Shown here piece by piece: positions 53,802-62,142 of a DNA stretch of 64,000 nucleotides. Within the stretch, counting starts at the first letter, position 1. The number at the start of each line of letters is the position of its first letter. The translations under genes were made by a program, and so were the position numbers. The notes below the pieces were generated by a model, which was not told the DNA's origin, made no database searches, and saw only the letters and a list, made by a program, of their open reading frames with translations. The stretch comes from Candidatus Hydrogenedentota bacterium (GTDB lineage Bacteria; Hydrogenedentota; Hydrogenedentia; Hydrogenedentales; SLHB01): assembly GCA_963745075.1 (NCBI GenBank), contig CAVUWV010000001.1, positions 96,001 to 160,000 on the forward strand. The letters are read 5' to 3'.

Positions 53802-53916
53802 TGCTGAGGACCTAATTTCACCAAGCGACGCAAGTCGGGGCGATAATTCGGACAGCACCACAACGCGCCGCAGGCAAGCCTGCTTCGGGAAAGCAGCCGC
53901 AAGCGGCCGCACTCCA
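53763..53916. repeat. REP doublet (GGAGTGCGG family), copy 1
   Basis: 27-bp perfect inverted pair TGGAGTGCGGCCGCTTGCGGCTGCTTT at 53763-53789 and 53890-53916. Confidence 0.9.
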
Positions 53917-53974
53917 CACAAAACGGGCTCAAGACGCCCATGCTCACTTTTGTTTTAGACCACTGGATCGCGGT

Positions 53975-54646
53975 TTACTCCAGGCGCTTGAGGTAGATGT
54001 CTTTGAATTGGACTTTTTGAACGATGTTGGCCCGGAGCTGCAACCCGAGAACTCCGCTGGGGCGAAAGTATTCGGGTTGGTTGTCAATGAACTCGGCGGA
54101 GACCACGCCGTTGATCGTGCAGATAATGTGATTGCCCCTGGCGATGATGTGATAGTCGTTCCACTCGCCGTTATCGCGGTTGGCGGCGTTTTCTCCAATA
54201 CGCATCGTGGTGAACGTGCCGTCCTCCTCGGCAATGGTCTTGTGCCCGTTCAACACGAGCTTGCTCTTGCGGCCGGTGCGTTCCGAGTTGAACGAACCAA
54301 AATAGGAGCCGTCATCGCAGATGTCGGCCTGGGGACCCACGGCCTCGCCGTCCTCCCTGATTTCGCTTCGAAACTGGATGCCGGAGTTGCCGCGGTTGTC
54401 CTCGAGCCGAAATTTTAATTTCAGTTCAAAGTCTGCAATCTCACCCCCCTGCCACACGAGGTATTGATTGGACTCGCAGAGGTTCTCCGGCGTCGATTGC
54501 GCGGTGATTGCGCCATCCTCAATCGACCAGAAACGTTCATCCGGCACGGCCCACCCTTCGAAGGACTTGCCATCGAAGAGTGACTGAAATTCCTCCGCGC
54601 CTGCCGCTGCACTAAGAACCATCGCCACTGCAAGTAAAGTCCGCAT
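53975..54646 (-). CDS. DUF1080 family (3-keto-disaccharide hydrolase-like) secreted protein
   Basis: Signal peptide; SLFDGKSFEGW, DFELKL, GNSGIQFRS, WNDYHI, GVLGLQ, VQFKDI. Confidence 0.9.
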   Translation of the reverse strand: MRTLLAVAMVLSAAAGAEEFQSLFDGKSFEGWAVPDERFWSIEDGAITAQSTPENLCESNQYLVWQGGEIADFELKLKFRLEDNRGNSGIQFRSEIREDGEAVGPQADICDDGSYFGSFNSERTGRKSKLVLNGHKTIAEEDGTFTTMRIGENAANRDNGEWNDYHIIARGNHIICTINGVVSAEFIDNQPEYFRPSGVLGLQLRANIVQKVQFKDIYLKRLE

Positions 54647-54863
54647 GAACTCTCCCCACGTCCAGCACTACCACGCCATTTTGAACTCGACCGCAGATGT
54701 CCGTGCTGATATTGTCCTTCAACCCCGGCGCGGGGTCAAGGTGGCAACGAATGGGATGCCCGGAGAGCATCGGGACTCAGCAACCACTTGTTGCGCTTCG
54801 CGCCGTGGCGCTCTAGTGTACGGGAAGTCCGCCCATTCCGGACGCCCTCAAGCGCTCTGCACC

Positions 54864-55115
54864 GTGCCGAATTGCGCGGCTAACCGTACTTTGCCGCCAT
54901 GGGCGCCGTCCCCTGGCGCGGCGGCAGACACGCACCCGGATTCCTCAGCCTCCAGCCCAATCCCGCTGCAACGCCCTGCGGCCTATATGGATAAGGACAA
55001 CTCCGCCCATGCCAATCAGCCTCGCATACGCCACGTTTCACAATGTACACTTCACCCGACACACTTCGGCATCACACCCCCTTGTATCGTCAAAAAGAAA
55101 AAGGGGTGCACCCCC
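54864..55115. repeat. ~250 bp diverged direct repeat, copy B
   Basis: Colinear with 53063-53325; identical core at 55028-55069. Confidence 0.85.
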
Positions 55116-55194
55116 TCCCCGAAGGCACGAAACCCTGTACGCATAGAGCGTATTTCAAAAGTGGTCATCGCACGATTCAACAGAGATGCGGCGG

Positions 55195-55271
55195 ATGTAG
55201 CGCAGGCGTCCTCGCCTGCATTCTTTGGGGTCTTGTCTCAGCATATGCAGGCGAGGACGCCTGCGCTACAT
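55195..55271. repeat. REP doublet (GTAG family)
   Basis: 27-bp perfect inverted pair ATGTAGCGCAGGCGTCCTCGCCTGCAT at 55195-55221 and 55245-55271. Confidence 0.88.
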
Positions 55272-55373
55272 TTCGCGCGACAGGTAGACTGTAATCTCTA
55301 TATGAAGATGGATCCCCGCGTTCGCGAGGATGACGGTTTTGCGAGACCGGAGACCGGAGGCTGGAGGCTGTCC

Positions 55374-57533
55374 CTATTCAGTCAACGTGATTTGCTTCGC
55401 GCTGTTTCCTACCACCCTCCACGCAGCGGACTCGGCATTCTTTATGTCGCCGTCGTTGGAAGTGACGGCAACCACCATGTTCGTGTCGGGAATGAACACG
55501 ACCAGGGCGTACCACATGGTATTGGACCCGTTGTGCCAAAAGAGGGTATGAGGGATTGCCCCGTCGGGTTCCTTCTTCACCCAGCCGCAGGCGTAGTCGT
55601 CGAGTTCAGGCGTGTGCAGCGCCTTGTAGGTCTCGGCAGAGAGTAGTGTGCCATCGCCACGTTCGCCGCGCAGATGTTCCGTCGCGTAGGTGCAGAGATC
55701 TGCAAGCGTCATATGCACGATGCCTGCGGGGCCGATGATGAAGGTATTGTCCGCGTCGTCGCCCATCGCGACCTTCCAGCCGAAGGCCTCCGTGTGACCG
55801 CGAGGCTGGTCCAGCGTCTTGTCCGGACTCTTGGGTGGGCCGAATCCCGCGCTCGCCAAGTGCAGCGGTTCGAAGACTTCGCGGGTCACGAGGTCGTCCC
55901 AGGTTTCGCCGGTCACTTGTTCCGCCATGGCGCCGGCGATGGTGAAGCCGACGTTCGAGTAGACGTACCGTTCGCCCGGCGGCGTTGCCGGCTTCTTGGC
56001 GAGCACGTTCAATACGGCTTCCCGCCGCGCTTGGGTACTTTCGCGACCGAGCGCCGGCTTCTTCATCGCCACAAATGAGGAGAAGTTCGGCGGCGCGCCC
56101 GACGAGTGAGTGAGCAGTTGCCGGAGCGTGACCGGTTTCCAGTCCTCGTGGATGGATGCGCCGGGAAAGGTCTCGCCGAGGGTGTCGGACCAGTTCATCT
56201 TCCCGGACTCGATCAGGCGTCCGATCATCGTAGCCGTGACGGACTTGGTGATGGACCCCAGGTGCCATCGGTCGTCGATCGTGAGCGGTACCTCGCTGCC
56301 GTGCTTTCGTTCTCCGTCGACCGCGGACGCGACGGTTTTCCCATCGACCATAACCATCGCCGCGAGACCGACGAGTCCCTTCTCTTCACGAAGGCTGGGG
56401 ATCAACTCCGAGAGCGGAACGACCGGCTCGCGGGCTTGGGCGGCATCGCGGATGGCTTTGCGGTTGGCCCAGGTCATGGGAACGTCTTCGAGCGTCCGGG
56501 TCTCCGACGTATCCAGCGTTTGAACCACCAGCGTGACCGTGTCATCCGGCGGATGGCCCATGCGGGTGAGCAGCTCGACGAGGTCCTCTTCGAATCGCTT
56601 CTGCCATTTACCGCCGTAGTTCTCTTGGCTGAACGCGACAATTTCAGGGGTTGGGATCCCGTCCAGCGACACGAGCTTGTACCAAGTTCCGTCGACTTCA
56701 ACGTTTGGTTGAGCATCCTCCCAGCGCACCGCGGAGAAGGGAGATAGCTTCGGATACTCGTCACCAAACCTGGTATCAATGTACTTGGCTGTATAGAGTA
56801 TGGTCGGTACGCCGATGAACAGGATCGCGAAAAAGAGAATGGTTGCGACGATTAGTCGCCGACGCGAACACTTCTTCCGATTGGCGCCCATGAGTATGGG
56901 GTACTCGCCGGTCACCCCGCGTTTCGATTCGTCGTTGAGACTGGTGAGCAGCGCGAGCAATTCCTGGCGCTGCGGCTCGAGCTGCTTTCGCACGGCGTAT
57001 TGATTCAGCCAATAAATGAAACCATAGACCGCAAACAGAAAGAAGGATGACGTTGTCGCGGTGCCAAGAAACTCTAACCAGCTATGATACGTTCGCCAGG
57101 AAACATGGATGAAGAATGCGAGGATCGAAACAGTGAACGGCAGCAGATACCACCAGGCGACGTTGCGCAGCAGCCAGATTTGATGCTCCACCTGGGCTAG
57201 GGAATCCTTCGCGCTGGTCAGCAGCGAATCGCCCGGTCCAGGCGCCTTTTGCGGGTGGCGCATCCGGTCCACGAAGATGAATCCCATAACCCAAAGCAGC
57301 GCCGGTACCGTGAGATACCAGGTCCACGGAAGCGACAACGCGTACCCCATAACGAACCATATTGGCAGCATCACCATGGCGACGACTACTTCGCGGAAAT
57401 CGCGCCAGAAGATCATCGATCGAAAGTTACTTTGGGAGCGTTGCACTTCTTGCAGCAGCAGATCGGCGTTCACCGTAACCCGGGTCTGGGACGATTGCGC
57501 TCTCCAGGCTTCTTGAAAGTTGTCAGGGTTCAT
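55374..57533 (-). CDS. Membrane (anti-sigma-like) protein fused to a beta-lactamase-family serine hydrolase
   Basis: N-terminal region with about 5 TM segments; C-terminal SITK (SxxK), LRQLLTHSSG, YSN and HNG motifs; ATGA overlap with the upstream ECF gene. Confidence 0.85.
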   Translation of the reverse strand: MNPDNFQEAWRAQSSQTRVTVNADLLLQEVQRSQSNFRSMIFWRDFREVVVAMVMLPIWFVMGYALSLPWTWYLTVPALLWVMGFIFVDRMRHPQKAPGPGDSLLTSAKDSLAQVEHQIWLLRNVAWWYLLPFTVSILAFFIHVSWRTYHSWLEFLGTATTSSFFLFAVYGFIYWLNQYAVRKQLEPQRQELLALLTSLNDESKRGVTGEYPILMGANRKKCSRRRLIVATILFFAILFIGVPTILYTAKYIDTRFGDEYPKLSPFSAVRWEDAQPNVEVDGTWYKLVSLDGIPTPEIVAFSQENYGGKWQKRFEEDLVELLTRMGHPPDDTVTLVVQTLDTSETRTLEDVPMTWANRKAIRDAAQAREPVVPLSELIPSLREEKGLVGLAAMVMVDGKTVASAVDGERKHGSEVPLTIDDRWHLGSITKSVTATMIGRLIESGKMNWSDTLGETFPGASIHEDWKPVTLRQLLTHSSGAPPNFSSFVAMKKPALGRESTQARREAVLNVLAKKPATPPGERYVYSNVGFTIAGAMAEQVTGETWDDLVTREVFEPLHLASAGFGPPKSPDKTLDQPRGHTEAFGWKVAMGDDADNTFIIGPAGIVHMTLADLCTYATEHLRGERGDGTLLSAETYKALHTPELDDYACGWVKKEPDGAIPHTLFWHNGSNTMWYALVVFIPDTNMVVAVTSNDGDIKNAESAAWRVVGNSAKQITLTE

Positions 57534-58048
57534 AACGATTCACCATTCATCAGCGCGGTTAACGCCTTCTTTGCACGGTTCAGTTTCACGCCGACATTGC
57601 TTTCCGAGATGCCCAGTACTTCGGCCATCTCCCGGTAACTCAGTTCGTCGAGGTAGAGCAGCACCAAGGCCGCATCGCCTTTCGGTAACTTCTGGATTGC
57701 GTTGTAGAGTTGCTCGACCATCTCGCGCTGCTGCGCTTGCTCGGCACCGTCAACCCCTTCCGCCGGGATGACCTGAACGTCCAGTAACGGTTGTTGTTTC
57801 GATCGGCGCGGTTGATCCTTCCGATGCCAATTCATCGCGGTGTTCAATGCCACGCGGTAGAACCACGTGGCCGCGTTTGCCTTTCCCTCGAAACTTGGCA
57901 AAGATCGCCAGGCCTGGAGCAGGATCTCTTGCGCGAGATCCTGACAGTCCTCGTGGGTGAGGGTATACGCACGCGCCACCTTCATGACGGCGGCGCCGTG
58001 CTCGTCAAGCCACGTCATGAACAGCGATTTTTGATCTTCGTCAATCAA
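57530..58048 (-). CDS. ECF RNA polymerase sigma-70 factor
   Basis: DLAQEILLQAWRSLPSF..TWFYRVALN (region 2) and LSYREMAEVLGISESNVGVKLNRAKKAL (region 4). Confidence 0.93.
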   Translation of the reverse strand: MIDEDQKSLFMTWLDEHGAAVMKVARAYTLTHEDCQDLAQEILLQAWRSLPSFEGKANAATWFYRVALNTAMNWHRKDQPRRSKQQPLLDVQVIPAEGVDGAEQAQQREMVEQLYNAIQKLPKGDAALVLLYLDELSYREMAEVLGISESNVGVKLNRAKKALTALMNGESL

Positions 58049-58158
58049 TGTAGCGCCTCATTCCACAAGTATTGGTAACTCGAACAAGCGTTTCCTTACA
58101 ATACCGATTTACCCCGCAGTCGATTTCATGATATAGCTTCCCACAAGATGAGGGAATG

Positions 58159-58311
58159 TGGAGTGCGGCCGCTTGCGGCTGCTTTTTCGGAGCAGGTTTA
58201 CCTGCGGTTCATTATTACGGCGTGTCGATTCTCGCCAGAAGTTTGGCGCTTGGTCGAAAGCGGGCTTTCCAAATTGACCAGAGAAAAGCACCCGCAAGCG
58301 GCCGCACTCCA
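58159..58311. repeat. REP doublet (GGAGTGCGG family), copy 2
   Basis: Arms 58159-58185 and 58285-58311 (one mismatch); same arms as 53763-53916 with a different spacer. Confidence 0.9.
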
Positions 58312-58490
58312 TATTTCACATCGCACTTCTCTTACTGCAATACTGGGTGCGCCGGGCACCAGCCCGGCGTTTCGGAGCGAGGGCGTCATTTGCTGCAATA
58401 ACGTTTTTGGAGGGAGAGCCTTGGATCCTCCGAAGCGCCACCTTGGTGCGTGGCGTTCCCAGTGGGTCCACTTTCTAGGGAGGCTGGAAT

Positions 58491-59054
58491 TTGTGCGATG
58501 AATCCAAATTGAACGAAGTCCTCATCGGCGGTGTCGAGAGGCGCGACATCGTGCTCGTCGCATACGACGCGGCGTGGGTCGGGCGTTTTGAGGAACATGC
58601 GGTGCGCATCCGCGCGGCGCTGGGGGAGCGTGCGCTCCGTATCGAGCATATCGGGTCGACGGCGGTGCCGGGGTTGGCGGCGAAGGCGATTGTCGACATC
58701 CTGGTCGTCGTGCCGGATTCGGGGGATGAGGGGTCGTATCTGCCCGCGTTGGAGAAGGCCGGATACCAGTTGCGGGTTCGGGAACCGGACTTTCACGAGC
58801 ATCGGATGTTGCGAACACCCGAACGGGATGTGCACGTGCATGTGTACTCGAAGGGGTGTCCGGAGATTGAGCGGAATCTTGTGTTTCGCGACCGCTTGCG
58901 AGGGAACGCAGAGGACCGTCAGCGGTACGAGACGACGAAGCGCGCGTTGGCGGCGCAGTCGTGGTCCGACATGAACGCGTACGCTGAGGCAAAAACGGAA
59001 GTCATCGAGGGCATTATCGCGTCCGAAAGGGGGGACCGGTCGCAAGGCGCGTAG
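58491..59054 (+). CDS. GrpB family (UPF0157) nucleotidyltransferase-fold protein
   Basis: IEHIGSTAVPGLAAKAIVDI, HVHV, FRDRLR, YETTKR, YAEAK; TTG start after GGGAGG. Confidence 0.9.
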   Translation: MCDESKLNEVLIGGVERRDIVLVAYDAAWVGRFEEHAVRIRAALGERALRIEHIGSTAVPGLAAKAIVDILVVVPDSGDEGSYLPALEKAGYQLRVREPDFHEHRMLRTPERDVHVHVYSKGCPEIERNLVFRDRLRGNAEDRQRYETTKRALAAQSWSDMNAYAEAKTEVIEGIIASERGDRSQGA

Positions 59055-59170
59055 GCAGAAGAAGAATTGGGGCAGCAACCATTCTTCCAATTGCGATGGT
59101 CCCAAACCTCTGCCCGCTGCAACTATGGTGTACCTTCTTGGAAACGAGGCCACCGAAGTCGCAATAGGGT

Positions 59171-61855
59171 ATGCCGATGGACGATGCCGCATTGTTGAAG
59201 CGCTGGACGAGCCGGCGGGACGCGCAGACATTCAACGAAATTGTTGAGCGGTTCGCGGACCAGGTGTTTACCACGTGCCGGCGCGTCGTGGGCAACGAGG
59301 CCGATGCGGAGGAAGTCGCACAGGACTGTTTCCTGTTGTTGCTGCGTTCCCGGGGCGAGATCCGCTCGTCGCTGGGAGGCTGGCTCCACGGGGTCGCGAC
59401 CAACAAAGGGCGCGAACGGGTCCGGTCGGACGTCAACCGTCGCAAACGGGAACAGGCGTACGCCCGCGAGACCGGCCAGATCGCCGACGCCAGTTGGGAC
59501 GACATTCAGGAGTTTGTGGACGCGGCCCTCGAGACGCTTCCCCCGGCTACCCGCGACGTGATTGTGGCGCACTTTATCGGCCGGAAGACCCAGGCGGCGA
59601 TTGCGTCCGAGCTGCGGATCAGCCGGCGCGCGGTTTCCCACCGAATACAGCGCGGCCTCGCATCGGTGCGGCGCGAACTGGGCCGCAGAGGCGTAGCAAT
59701 CACGGCGGTCGCGGTTGGTTCAGCTTTGGCCGCGGATGCAAGCGTCGCGCCCACTTCCTTGAAGGCTTCACTGGGAAAACTCGCCATTGCCGCCGGAACT
59801 GCTTCCGGTACGGGCGGGGGAACCGCAATCAGCGCGTTGCTGGGAAGCCTATTGATCATGAAGACAAAGATCGCAGTCGTTTGTGTCGTGGCGTGCCTCT
59901 TTGCGGTTGGGTTTGCTCTCCTGGCGACGCGTGACATAGGTGACGCGCCGGTTTCACTGTCGGGGAACGTGACCGACGAACCAACTCCGCCTGTTACAGG
60001 CCAGCAGGTCGCCGAGGCGATAATCGATGCGGTTTCAGCGCGCGCGCCGGATGACAATGCAGATGACGCGCCAACGCTCGAGGATCTGCTGGCATTATCG
60101 CAGACGGAGTTGGAGCGTACGCTTAAAGAATATCCCGCGATAGCGAATCCAGATGACTATGCTTTGGTGTCCGGTGTGGTGCTTGATCGGAACAGCTACG
60201 CCATACCCCGTGCCAAGGTCACACTCGTTCCGACCAGGGAATGGGGCAAGATTCCGAGCGTGGAGCACTTAGGTCTCTCCGCGACCAGCGACGCGGAAGG
60301 CGCGTACCACATAGTCGGTATCGCGCACAGCGGGGATTTTCGCATTAGCGCTGCCAAACCCGGGTACGTGAGCGCAGCGAACTATGTGCGCATCGATCCC
60401 GGGACCGATGCGCGCTCCGACTTCACACTGCAGGATGGACTTTCGCTGGAGGGGCGTGTCTTATCGGCGTCGGGCATACCCGTTCCGGATGCGTACCTTT
60501 TTTGCATCGGTTTGACAGGCCCACGCACGTTGTTATCGGATCTGAAACGCGCGACACAGACCGACGCGGAGGGCCGGTTCGTTCTTGGGTTCGCCGAAAA
60601 GGAGCGGGGACTTGTAGCGGCGGTGCGCGTGCAATCGGCGAGTCAGGGCGCGTCCACGTTCCCGGATATCTTGATTCAGGACGAGCGTCCGGTCGAATTG
60701 CGGCTGACGGGACAAGCGGTGATTCGTGGAACGGTGCGAAACCCCAAAGGAAACCCGTTGCCGGGCGCGCATGTTAAGTTTTTCGCGCATAAGTCCATCA
60801 ACTTACCGCGCAATGATGGCACGGCGTGGGCAAGCCCTTCATTCGCCGGCAATTTTGTGGGGGTTTGTGACGAATCGGGCCGTTACGCGACCGAGGTGGA
60901 CTCGGGAATGGACTACGAAGCGAAGGTAGAGGCGCCTGGCGCGGCCGATAAGGGCGCCAGGCGGGATGTGCTTACCGCGCTCCAGGCCGGCGAGACGCGG
61001 GAATACAATCCGGTGGTTAACACGGGTACGATTACGGTGCGGGCAGCCATTGTGGGCCTGCAAACCGGTAAGCCGTTTGCCAGCTACGTAATGGTCGGCG
61101 CGGTTGCGTTGAAGAATGGCAACGTTGTGGCGATCGGCAAGCAAGATGGTTATTTTGCCGTGCGATTCGTGTTTCTAGGGGAGCCGGCGGAATACTCCTT
61201 TCAGGCGGTTTACTTGGACAACCCGGAATTGACCGGTGACGTTTCCGGACCCTACGACCTGGAAAACGGAGACGACATTGACATCACGCTGAATTTGCCT
61301 GACCCGCAGTCGTTTTCGGTTCGCGCGGTAGACCCCAATGGCGAGCCGGTGGCGGGCGCCGCGGTACAGTTTCGTATGGAAACATCGAGCGGAATCGGAA
61401 AGCATGGCGTGACCAATTCTGAGGGGCGTCTTGACGAACCGGTTCTCCTGGCGCCTTTGTGCGGCGCGCAGGTTGTCCTCGCGAAGCCGGGCTATGCGAC
61501 GGCTTACGGCGCTGTCAGAGGGGATCAACGGCCAGGTACGGTGCATCCCGAAGAGACCCTTGTACTTTGGCCGGCGGCGGGTTTTGAGGGCGATCTGGAG
61601 GACAACGAGGGGAATCCATTGCCGGACACGGCGCTGACGATTACGGTGACGAATTCAGAGGGGCGGGTCTGGCCGCTTGAAATCAGCACCGATTCGTCGG
61701 GGCATTTCACGATTGGCGACCAAGCGCCCGCGGATCTGGTCGACATCAGCATTTCGAGGGAAGATAGCGGCGCGCAGGTGTGGTCTGCAGATGGGGTCGT
61801 TCTACAAGCCGGCGGCATTTCGGACATGGGCGAGATCGTGCTGGAGGCGGAATAG
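59171..61855 (+). CDS. Membrane-anchored ECF sigma factor with extracytoplasmic carboxypeptidase-regulatory-like repeats
   Basis: Sigma2 (DAEEVAQDCF..GWLHGVA) and sigma4 (TQAAIASELRISRRAVSHRIQRG), hydrophobic segments, then repeated G.V.D..G.P...A.V...TD..G.F beta-sandwich units. Confidence 0.88.
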   Translation: MPMDDAALLKRWTSRRDAQTFNEIVERFADQVFTTCRRVVGNEADAEEVAQDCFLLLLRSRGEIRSSLGGWLHGVATNKGRERVRSDVNRRKREQAYARETGQIADASWDDIQEFVDAALETLPPATRDVIVAHFIGRKTQAAIASELRISRRAVSHRIQRGLASVRRELGRRGVAITAVAVGSALAADASVAPTSLKASLGKLAIAAGTASGTGGGTAISALLGSLLIMKTKIAVVCVVACLFAVGFALLATRDIGDAPVSLSGNVTDEPTPPVTGQQVAEAIIDAVSARAPDDNADDAPTLEDLLALSQTELERTLKEYPAIANPDDYALVSGVVLDRNSYAIPRAKVTLVPTREWGKIPSVEHLGLSATSDAEGAYHIVGIAHSGDFRISAAKPGYVSAANYVRIDPGTDARSDFTLQDGLSLEGRVLSASGIPVPDAYLFCIGLTGPRTLLSDLKRATQTDAEGRFVLGFAEKERGLVAAVRVQSASQGASTFPDILIQDERPVELRLTGQAVIRGTVRNPKGNPLPGAHVKFFAHKSINLPRNDGTAWASPSFAGNFVGVCDESGRYATEVDSGMDYEAKVEAPGAADKGARRDVLTALQAGETREYNPVVNTGTITVRAAIVGLQTGKPFASYVMVGAVALKNGNVVAIGKQDGYFAVRFVFLGEPAEYSFQAVYLDNPELTGDVSGPYDLENGDDIDITLNLPDPQSFSVRAVDPNGEPVAGAAVQFRMETSSGIGKHGVTNSEGRLDEPVLLAPLCGAQVVLAKPGYATAYGAVRGDQRPGTVHPEETLVLWPAAGFEGDLEDNEGNPLPDTALTITVTNSEGRVWPLEISTDSSGHFTIGDQAPADLVDISISREDSGAQVWSADGVVLQAGGISDMGEIVLEAE

Positions 61856-62142
61856 ACGGTCGGCAAACGCTCGTGAATAGATGCGCGCCTCGACGGCACT
61901 ACCTTTCCCTCCCGAGTCCCCGCCGCGCGCTGTGCCACGTTCGCGGTCGGGGCTACGTGGACGGGATGACATTAGAAATAAGTCGGTGATAACCGTTTAT
62001 TTATCGTTGACTGACTTGGGACTGGGTAATTCTTGGCATCATGGACATTGAAGTCTTCTCGCAATAGTGGCATAAGACGAAAGGACCTAACAGGTCGTTG
62101 CGTTCAATGTACGGCTTGTCTCATACCCGGTTGGAGGTTTCC

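Noticed and set aside
54645..55646. 333-aa plus-strand ORF spanning repeat copy B
   Set aside because: Reads through a repeat, a REP doublet and the antisense of the serine hydrolase; the frame is not conserved in repeat copy A.
58049..58110. ECF autoregulatory promoter (TGTAAG-N16-TTAC on the minus strand); also GGAACTT at ~18772
   Set aside because: Plausible but single instances with no second matching site to support a consensus.
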